Shown here: positions 21,964 to 30,200 of the stretch, piece by piece | How the letters are laid out: every line of letters starts with the position of its first letter | How positions within the stretch are numbered: position 1 is the stretch's first letter | Made by a program: the position numbers and the translations under genes | Assembly (NCBI GenBank): GCA_963735035.1 | Contig: CAVTJJ010000006.1 | Coordinates: forward strand, 256,001 to 320,000 | Direction: 5' to 3' | From: an uncultured candidate division Zixibacteria bacterium | Lineage (GTDB): Bacteria > Zixibacteria > MSB-5A5 > GN15 > FEB-12 | Length of the DNA stretch: 64,000 nt | The notes under the pieces: generated by a model | The model's input: the letters and a program-made list of their open reading frames with translations, nothing else | Database searches by the model: none | What the model was told of the DNA's origin: nothing

Positions 21964-22497
21964 ATGCTCCAGATTACCAAGATAACGCAATACGCGCGAC
22001 CGAAGTATCCTCACGGCGGGCAATATGTTTGTCCTCCCAGCACGGCCGGTGCGAGAGTGAGGGACGCTGCCGCGCTCTTGTCGCTTGTTGCTCTGTTGGA
22101 TTCGTGCGGCACGGAACCTACCGGAGGTGTGCCACCGCCACCGCAGCTCCTGTCGGAAGCCAGCGCGCGCCAGATTATCAAACAGGTATTTACCGCCCGT
22201 AGCATAACGCTCGATACCAGCCAGGTTGTTACCATTCCACTAAGTCCGACGGATACCTTGGAACTGAATCTCGACAGCTTCAATGATTCGCTACAAGTGG
22301 GATATGAGTATATCTACGAGGGTGACAATACGGAGTTCACTCCTGCCATACGCAATACGCTGGATAGCCTGAACGAGGAGTCCATGCCGCATATTCTCAC
22401 CCTTGATGCTGAGACTCAACGGGCGGCGGCCGAGGCGCATCTGCAGCAGGTCGTGAATGAATTCCTGGATTCTCTGCACGCCCAGGGCGTGATATAG
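21964..22497 (+). CDS. rSAM-associated leader-bearing lipoprotein-like protein, paralog 2
   Basis: Collinear similarity with paralog 1 (YxxPxYPxGGQYVxPP, VRDAAAL, SCG, FNDSLQVGYEYI, PHI). Confidence 0.85.
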   Translation: MLQITKITQYARPKYPHGGQYVCPPSTAGARVRDAAALLSLVALLDSCGTEPTGGVPPPPQLLSEASARQIIKQVFTARSITLDTSQVVTIPLSPTDTLELNLDSFNDSLQVGYEYIYEGDNTEFTPAIRNTLDSLNEESMPHILTLDAETQRAAAEAHLQQVVNEFLDSLHAQGVI

Positions 22498-22776
22498 CTC
22501 TTGCCCGGCCCGCCGCGGCGAGCCCATATCTGCCGGTTGGGTGACCTGACGCAGATCCGCTGCGTAAGAACAATTACGGGGCGATAGCCCCGTAATTCCG
22601 GCGAAAGCCAGAACCCAGTTGTGGCTGCAGAATATATGCCTCTATGTTCAATCCAACCAAGCGAATGGAACAGCCAGACATTACGGAAATGATTCTGCGA
22701 TCACAACTGGGCCCCGGTTTACACCGGGGTGACGGCCTGGAGGCCGTCCTGTTCAGGTCAATCACGCCTCCGCCTT

Positions 22777-22925
22777 GTAGGTCGGGATGCTTGTCATCCC
22801 GACATTCTCGTTGTCAGGACCTCGCCTCGGCGAGCAGGCACAAGGGTCCCGACCCACAAGAGATGTTCCAATTCGTCACCCTGAGCCTAGCCTGACCAGA
22901 GCTTGACGCAGGGTCGAAGGGAGAT
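22777..22925. repeat. REP-like cluster (GTAG-type and GTCACCCTGAG...GTCGAAGGG type)
   Basis: GTAGGTCGGGATG...CATCCCGAC hairpin; GTCACCCTGAGC...GTCGAAGGG. Confidence 0.6.
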
Positions 22926-23229
22926 GTCGCTCCCAAATCTCTTTCGTCAACTGCAGCAGCCGCTTGTACGGGATCGCGGTCCAGCTTTCCGCGACCGCCG
23001 CGCCGTGCGACCGGCTGATCAGCGACACTTTGGCGGCAGTTTCTTCGTCCGGCGCTTCGTAGATGTCCATGAAGTCATACTTGCCAAGAAGCGCATAGTG
23101 GGCGAGAAACTTCACCTTGGGGCATTTTTCGTGGACTTCGTCGAGCCAGACGGCGCCTATATCGGCGCGGTCTTTCATTCTGGCGGCCACGTCGGGCGCC
23201 AGCCGGGTCATGAGGATGAAGGTTTTCAT
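22876..23229 (-). CDS. GYD-domain protein
   Basis: GGAGG SD then MKTFILMTRL; YALLGKYDFMDIYEAPDEETAAKVSL GYD-family motif. Confidence 0.85.
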   Translation of the reverse strand: MKTFILMTRLAPDVAARMKDRADIGAVWLDEVHEKCPKVKFLAHYALLGKYDFMDIYEAPDEETAAKVSLISRSHGAAVAESWTAIPYKRLLQLTKEIWERHLPSTLRQALVRLGSG

Positions 23230-23329
23230 CGGCGTGCCTCCTTTACATCTGTTTCGGCCTTTCGGCGATGTCATTCGGGCAGCGTGAAATTCAACTGATC
23301 GAACCTGAAATCGGAACATATCCGCTTTC

Positions 23330-23426
23330 TGGCGGAAGGGGTGGGAATCGAACCCACCGGGGACAATGCAATTGCCCCCCTCACGGCTTTGAAGGCCGGG
23401 ACCGCCACCAGACGACATCCGCTTCC
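23330..23426 (-). tRNA. selC: tRNA-Sec (anticodon TCA)
   Basis: Reverse complement: GGAAGCGG AT GTCGTC TGGT GGCGGT CCCGGC CT TCA AA GCCGTG, long variable arm, GTGGG TTCGATT CCCAC CCCTTCC G CCA. 6-bp D-stem with 4-nt loop; selA and selB are in the window. Confidence 0.95.
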
Positions 23427-23432
23427 GAGGTT

Positions 23433-23461
23433 ATGATAATACACTATCGGTCGCCTGTAAA
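23433..23461 (-). promoter_or_regulatory. Putative selC promoter
   Basis: Minus strand TTTACA-17-TATCAT, 6 nt upstream of the tRNA G1. Confidence 0.6.
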
Positions 23462-23467
23462 TAACTC

Positions 23468-23546
23468 GTAGGTCGGGTTCACGAGGCGGTCACGGAGCGA
23501 GCGGCCGAGCAACCCGACAGCTTCGGCAGGGGTGGAACCCTGCCGA
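23468..23546. repeat. REP-like palindromes
   Basis: GTAGGTCGGGTT...AACCCGAC; TCGGCAGGG...CCCTGCCGA (also near 41490-41515). Confidence 0.6.
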
Positions 23547-23649
23547 TCACATTTTGGGCTGCCGATCATACATCTTGACTGCCGATTGGGGTAGAGCCCA
23601 CCCCCAAATTATGATTGACTCCGGGGCCGTTGCTTTGCACCCTTCACCT

Positions 23650-25737
23650 GTGGCCGAACTGAGACTCAATTCTCCGCTTCAATACGTCAAGGGTGTCGGG
23701 CCTAAGAAAGCCGAAGTGCTCGCGCACCACGGCATGAACACGGTCGAAGACATCCTTTACTACTTTCCGCGCCAGTACCTCGACCGAAGCAATATCGTCC
23801 GCATAGCCGACCTCAAGATCGACCAGCCTGCGACCATCATCGGCGAGGTCAAAGCGCACGGCATCCTGTATGGCCGTCGCAAGCGCTACGAAGTTATCCT
23901 CGCAGACGAGTCCGGCAACGTCTCGCTGATCTGGTTCGCGGGGGTCAAGTTCTGGGAGCGGTTGTTCAAGAAGGGGATGAAATTCGCCGCCACCGGCACC
24001 CCGAGCTTCTTCCAAGAACTGCAAATCATCCACCCCGACCTGGAACGGCTCGATGACTTCTCCGATCAACTGGTCCACTCCGGGCGGATTATCCCGATCT
24101 ACCCGCAGACTTCAGAACTGAGCAAGGTCGGTCTGTCCAGCAAGGGAATGCGAACGATCACCACGTTCATCTTCGAGCATGTCACCGAGCGATTGGAAGA
24201 GTATCTACCGGAGTCGCTGCTTCAGAAACATCAGCTTCTCTCACGCCATGACGCGGTCGCGCACACTCATTACCCCGAAACTCGGGAGCAAATCGAAGAT
24301 TGTCGCCGCCGGCTGGCCTTTGACGAACTGCTTCAGCTTCAGTATCTAGTATCCCGCAACAAAGGACGCAAGGCGACCATCTCGAAGAAGCATCACTACG
24401 CCGCGCCCGGACCGCATCTCACCCAATTCCGGAAAGCACTCCCATTTGAATTGACCGCCGAGCAGAAGAAGGTGGTCAAGGAGATCATCGCCGGAATGCA
24501 GGGCGAGAGACCGATGTCCCGCCTGTTGCACGGCGAAGTCGGTTGCGGCAAAACCGTAGTCGCAGTGATAGCGGCTCTGTATGCCGCCGAAAACGGCCTT
24601 CAGTGCGCTTTCATGGCTCCGACCGAAATCCTGGCCGAGCAGCATTTCCGAAATTGGGGTGCCCTCTTAACAGAGTGCGGTGCTCCCACCGCGCTTTTGA
24701 CCGCCAATTCCTCGGCGGCTCATAAGAAGAAGGTCGCGAAAGAATGCGCCGAGGGTGGCATCAGTATTCTGTTCGGCACCCACGCGCTGATATACGATTA
24801 TGTCAATTTCCGCCGGCTAGGTCTGGTCGTGATCGATGAACAGCATCGGTTCGGAGTGGAACAACGGGGACGACTCTACGCTAAGGGCGAAGACCCCGAC
24901 CTTCTGGTGATGACTGCTACTCCAATTCCGCGCACCCTGGCGTTGACTCTTTACGGTGACCTCGACATCTCTACGATCAAAGACGTTCCCCCCGGACGGC
25001 AGCCGATACGCACTGTCTGGCGGATGGCCGACGCCCGTGACAAAGTCTGGCAATTTATCCGCGAAGAGGCGGCGAAGAAGGGCCAGACCTATATCGTGTA
25101 TCCGCTGATAGAGAAATCAGAACAGTCGGAAATGGAGAACGTTGAGGATGCTTTCCAGGAATTGTCATCCGGTGCCCTGAAAGGGTTGCGACTCGGCATT
25201 GTTCATGGTCGGGTGAAGCCGAAAGAGCGCGACGAGATTCTCGCCGAGTTCCGGGCCGGAAGGATTGACGTGTTGCTCGCCACTACGGTTATCGAGGTCG
25301 GTCTCGACAATCCGAACGCCACGATGCTGGTAATTGAGCATGCGGAGCGGTTCGGTCTGGCGCAGTTGCATCAGTTGAGGGGGCGAATCGGGCGTGGTTC
25401 GCGCTCGGCCACGGCGATAGCCATCGCGCATGCCCCGGTGTCTCCGATTGCCCGTCAGCGGCTGGAGTATTTTGCTCAGCACTCCGACGGATTCTTGATT
25501 GCCGAAGCCGACTTGCAGTTGCGCGGTCCGGGAGAGATTTTCGGAGTGCGGCAGTCCGGTCTGCCGGAATTGCGGGTGGCCAATCTGTGGCGAGATCGTG
25601 ATCTGATGGAATCCGGTCGTGAAGTGTTGGAGCAGTTGATCACCCGTACGGATGAACTTGACAGCCCGCATCAGCGGCTTTATACCTACTTGCAGCGGGC
25701 CGCCGAAAAACGCGAAATTCATCTCGGCGGCGGATAA
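23650..25737 (+). CDS. recG: ATP-dependent DNA helicase RecG
   Basis: VKGVGPK; RRLAFDE; GEVGCGKT; MAPTEILAEQH; IDEQHRFG; MTATPIPRTL; QLHQLRGRIGRG. Confidence 0.96.
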   Translation: MAELRLNSPLQYVKGVGPKKAEVLAHHGMNTVEDILYYFPRQYLDRSNIVRIADLKIDQPATIIGEVKAHGILYGRRKRYEVILADESGNVSLIWFAGVKFWERLFKKGMKFAATGTPSFFQELQIIHPDLERLDDFSDQLVHSGRIIPIYPQTSELSKVGLSSKGMRTITTFIFEHVTERLEEYLPESLLQKHQLLSRHDAVAHTHYPETREQIEDCRRRLAFDELLQLQYLVSRNKGRKATISKKHHYAAPGPHLTQFRKALPFELTAEQKKVVKEIIAGMQGERPMSRLLHGEVGCGKTVVAVIAALYAAENGLQCAFMAPTEILAEQHFRNWGALLTECGAPTALLTANSSAAHKKKVAKECAEGGISILFGTHALIYDYVNFRRLGLVVIDEQHRFGVEQRGRLYAKGEDPDLLVMTATPIPRTLALTLYGDLDISTIKDVPPGRQPIRTVWRMADARDKVWQFIREEAAKKGQTYIVYPLIEKSEQSEMENVEDAFQELSSGALKGLRLGIVHGRVKPKERDEILAEFRAGRIDVLLATTVIEVGLDNPNATMLVIEHAERFGLAQLHQLRGRIGRGSRSATAIAIAHAPVSPIARQRLEYFAQHSDGFLIAEADLQLRGPGEIFGVRQSGLPELRVANLWRDRDLMESGREVLEQLITRTDELDSPHQRLYTYLQRAAEKREIHLGGG

Positions 25738-25778
25738 GATGATGAATGAGTAAGACTCGAGACAGGCAGGGTTCCGGT

Positions 25779-26114
25779 ATGAGCGATGCACAAGAACAAC
25801 AAGAACAAATCGATGTCATGTTCTATCAGTTGATATTGTCTATTCAAGCGTCAGTCATGCAGCATTTGGGGAAGGTTGTGTCACCGTTGACCGGCAAGAT
25901 CGACCGCAATCTCGAAGCCGCCCGATATAGTATCGACATGCTGGAAATGATCGGGCGGAAGACGGCAGGGAACCTCGCCGAAGAAGAAAAGCAGTTGGTC
26001 GAACATGTTCTCTACGAGCTTCGTCTGAACTATATCGAGGAAGTCAACAAGGGGGGCGAGTCAGAAAACCCGCCCGACGAATCTTCAGAGTCTGGTGGCG
26101 AGACGATTCACTGA
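25779..26114 (+). CDS. DUF1844 family protein
   Basis: HLGKVVSPLTGKIDRNLEAARYSIDMLEMI..KT.GNL..EE...LYELRLNY. Confidence 0.85.
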   Translation: MSDAQEQQEQIDVMFYQLILSIQASVMQHLGKVVSPLTGKIDRNLEAARYSIDMLEMIGRKTAGNLAEEEKQLVEHVLYELRLNYIEEVNKGGESENPPDESSESGGETIH

Positions 26115-26232
26115 TAAATTATGGGGACCGACCGACGGGGGCGAGTGTACAACCTACGAGCGGAGTAGATTTGTACCTCAGGAGAGACCCCTTTTCACTT
26201 GATTTTGAGCCGTCGGCGGTTATATTTTGACC

Positions 26233-27186
26233 GTGAAAATGGTTGTCCAACCGAAAGTTAGCAAAGACTGGCCGGCCGCCAAGCTGATTGAGGCATTTGG
26301 GGCCGGTTTGGAATTTTCGAGGGAAATGGCGTCGCTAACCAGCTATGAAACCGGTGGACCGGCCAGATATTTTATCGTAGCGAGATCAATCGACGATGTC
26401 ATTAGGGCCATCAAGGGAGCCGCCAGGCTCGAAATACCGGTTTTCGTAGTAGGGGGTGGCTCAAATCTGCTGGTCTCTGATTCGGGGTTCGATGGTCTCG
26501 TTATCAAGATGGAAATCATGGGGTTACGGCGGCTCGACAACAACCTGGTTGAGGTCGGTGGCGGCGAGCAGCTATTCGACCTGGTCAATTTTGCGACCGA
26601 ACAGGCTCTTACCGGGCTGGAATTCGCGGCCGGAATCTGGGGTAGTGTCGGCGGCGCCATTTACGGAAATGCCGGAGCTTTTGGTGGCGAAGTTGGCCGG
26701 GTGCTGGAAAAGGCTACCCTTGTTGATAATAACGGCTCCGTCAAAACGGTCACGCGGGACTATCTGAAATTCGAATACCGTCATTCCTACTTGAAAGAGA
26801 CGAAAGAAATCGTTGCCCAGGCCTATTTCCGCCTGGCTCTCGGCGATTCGGCCGCTATCGAGGCCGAAGTTGGCCGGATTTTGTCCCTTCGTTCGGAGCG
26901 CCATCCCGACCGCCGGACCGCCGGCTGTTTCTTCAGAAATATCCCCGATCCCACACAGGAACACGGCAAGATGGCCGCTGGAAAGCTGCTCGAAGAGGTA
27001 GGCGCCAAGGAATTGAGTGTGGGCGGTGCGCGAGTGTTTGCCAAACACGCCAACATTATCGTAAATTCCGGCGGTGCAACGTCAAAAGATATCAGACAAT
27101 TGGCCGATATATTGAAACAGAGAGTGTGGGACCGCTTCGGCATCGCGTTGCAAGAAGAGGTCCAGCAGCTCGGTTCATTTTCCTAG
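26233..27186 (+). CDS. murB: UDP-N-acetylenolpyruvoylglucosamine reductase
   Basis: GGPARY; GGGSNLLVSD; GLEFAAGIWGSVGGAIYGNAGAFG; FEYRHS; AGCFFRN; HANIIVN. Confidence 0.95.
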   Translation: MKMVVQPKVSKDWPAAKLIEAFGAGLEFSREMASLTSYETGGPARYFIVARSIDDVIRAIKGAARLEIPVFVVGGGSNLLVSDSGFDGLVIKMEIMGLRRLDNNLVEVGGGEQLFDLVNFATEQALTGLEFAAGIWGSVGGAIYGNAGAFGGEVGRVLEKATLVDNNGSVKTVTRDYLKFEYRHSYLKETKEIVAQAYFRLALGDSAAIEAEVGRILSLRSERHPDRRTAGCFFRNIPDPTQEHGKMAAGKLLEEVGAKELSVGGARVFAKHANIIVNSGGATSKDIRQLADILKQRVWDRFGIALQEEVQQLGSFS

Positions 27187-27229
27187 GAGAACGCGCCTAT
27201 CGAGTCTTTGGTAAAGAACTGAATCGGAC

Positions 27230-30200
27230 TTGATTTACCCTGGTAGGCTTGTGAGCGTTCAATCGCACACCAAAGCTTTACTCTTATTCATTAGTCTGTT
27301 CCTGCAGGCCGGGTTGGTCTCTGCCCAGGTCGAAGAGCCACCCGCTCCCCAGCCTGAGGGGGTGGGCTTTCAAGCACGCCTCAATACACGTTCGCTCGTA
27401 GTGGCGCCCTATATCGAGCCGGACAACCGGTTCTCGGTCGCCCTGTCCCCACGGTCGTATTCGGTACTATCCGACCAACTTAAGTACACCCCTACGGTGT
27501 CTGAACGCGGCAACTTCGACAACAATTCCCTCTCGTTTGGTATGCAGATGCATTCGGGGGTCAAACTCGTACCGGTGTCGGTTGACGCCGCCCGGTACTT
27601 TGACTGGCGCGTAAGAACCAACATTTCGGAGCGCTGGCAGTCATTTGCCACCAATACGGTCACCCAGGCGCAGCAGGGTTCGAAATCGGAGGGACTGTCG
27701 ATCGGTGTCAACCTGCCCAAGCGGTTCGATCAAATGTTCGGCGAAGGTGGCGCCAACCTGCGTGTCTCGGGATACCGGCGCATTTCATTCTCCGGTCGGT
27801 CGCAATGGGACGATGCCGCCCGCTCCGGTATCAGGAAGCAGAGCAAGTTCCCGGCGCTGAACATGGAGCAGATCTCCCGCTTCAGCATTCAGGGAACCAT
27901 CGGCACCAAGATATCGGTCAGTGTGGCACAGGACAATCAGACCGACATACCCCTGGCCAATCGCCTGATCATTCGATACAAGGGTGACGACGACGACGTG
28001 CTTAAAACCCTTGAAGCCGGCAATACGACGCTTAATATTCCCAACACCCGTTTCGTCGGTTACTCCCAGCAGATTCAGGGTCTGTTCGGTCTCAAGGCCG
28101 AGGCCAAGCTCGGTAACCTGTCTTTCACGGCGATTGCCTCGCAGGAAAAAGGCTCCTCGGAATCGGCTACTGTTTCGGCGTCAGGCGAAGAGAACGCCGA
28201 ATACATTCGCGACAATCAGTACATGGACGGACGTATTTTCGACCTGGCCTATCCGGGCGAAATCGGTCCGTATGATAGTGTACAAGTCCAGGTCTGGGAG
28301 GAGGAGACCGACACTCGGAATCCGGACGCCAAGAAGATGTACATGGATATTGGCTCCAGCGCCAATACCTATGATGCCCAGGACGTGCTGATGTCACAAG
28401 TTACGGGCGACCAGTATGAACTGTTGTACGGACAGGACACCACCTATTGTCCGGTGGCTCTGGTGTTCTACAACGGCCGTCGCCGCGGGATTGGTGTCCG
28501 GATAGAAGTCACCCGCCATTTGGCTTCAGGCGCCCGCACGGGAGTGATCGACACTATCGGCTATTCTTCCGCAGACACCCTTGAGACCGTCAGAATCATC
28601 CAGTCAATCTCCAAAGACGATATTCCTGACAATCCGTCCTGGAGACTGATGTGGCGCAACTGCTACCGCATTCCCAAGAACGTTCAGATTGAAGACATTG
28701 ATATCAAAATACTCAAGGGGCTGACCGGAAGAGAGGGGACCGCGTCCTGTCTTGACTACCAGAAGACCGAAACCGTAGCGCAGAATTCGTACATCAAGAT
28801 TCTGGGACTCGATCAATGGAACAACAACCAGTCGAATTCCAAAATCCCCGATGGGAAGATAGATGATCGTGTGGAAGTATTCCGACCCGATTGGGGACTC
28901 GTCATCTTCCCGGATCGTGAGCCTTTCAATTCCAATCGCGTCTTTGAAGATGACAACAAGAATCGGACTGATACGCTGGCGGTCAAGATGCCCAATATCT
29001 ACCGGTATTCATCTTCGACCCAAAGAATGGAGAACAGCCAGTACTTTCTGCAGACTTCCACGAAATCGCGTAGCGCCAATATCCGGCTTGGACGGGCCAA
29101 CGTCATCGAGGGTTCGGAACGAGTCCTGCTGAACGGGCGTCCCCTCCAAAAGGGCCGCGACTACGAAATATCCTACGAGATGGGTCAGGTAACATTGCTG
29201 ACCGATGACGCCACCGACCCGAATAACGACGTCAAAGTAGAATTCCAATACGCTCCCTTCCTCGCTCTTCAGAAGAAGACTTTGCTGGGTATGCGGGCCG
29301 AGTACGAACACAGTGAAAATCTGAGAATTGGCACTACGGTTCTTTACAAGTCCGACAAAGCGCAAGAGCGAAAGCCGCGCGTGGGTCAGGAAACGTCGAA
29401 GGCCATGGTCAACGACGTCGACATCAGTTTCGGTCTCAATCCGCACTTCATTACCGATGCTATCGACGCTCTCCCTTTTATCAGCGCTGAGGCTGATTCG
29501 CGTATCAAAGTAACGGCCGAGGTAGCGCAGTCCCGACCCAATCCGAACGTGGAAGGGAATGCGTATATCGACGATTTTGAGTCGGCGGTAGAACTTCAAT
29601 CGATCGGCAACGTTCGCACTAACTGGACCCTGGCTTCGGAACCGTTGAAGATCAAGGAGTCGACGATCAAGAACTGGACGCGGGGCACGATTCGCTGGCA
29701 TAATCCGCCCCCGATTTCCAAGGAAGATGTCTATGCGGGAGACGTGGCGGCTGGCCAGGGAGCGCTGCAACCGCTGAGATTGATCTTTCGCCCGCATGGC
29801 TGGGAATACAATGGCCTCCCGGATTCACCGTGCACTTCGGTCACCCCGGCCCGATCCTGGGGCGGCATTATGCGCTATTTCGCCAACCGGATTGACGAAA
29901 ACCGCGTGCAACTCTTCGAGATTCGAGTGAAGGGCGGGCGAGGCCGACTGCACTTTGATTTCGGTAAGATCAGCGAAGACGTCAATGGCAATGGTAAGTT
30001 TGAGACGGAAGATCAAAGCGTCCCGCCGAATAATTCTCTCGATGTGACCAGCGGCGTCAATGAGGATACCGGACTGGACTTGAAGCTCGATGGTGAAGAG
30101 GTGAATGCCTGCAATGTTGGGGTCAACTCCAGTACCAATCCCGACCCCGCAGGCGACAACTGGTGGTACGAATATCACGGTAAGGGAATGGGCAACGAGA

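Noticed and set aside
22560..22770. Small ORFs that could be a RiPP precursor for the rSAM
   Set aside because: No SD, no precursor-like composition, and they overlap repeat DNA.
22876..23418. 180-aa ORF as listed in the ORF track
   Set aside because: Its 5' part overlaps tRNA-Sec; the real GYD gene starts at 23229 after a GGAGG SD.
26120..26195. Hairpin GTACAA-CCTAC...GTAG-ATTTGTAC as an ncRNA
   Set aside because: A single imperfect hairpin with no recognisable family; could be a terminator or repeat remnant.
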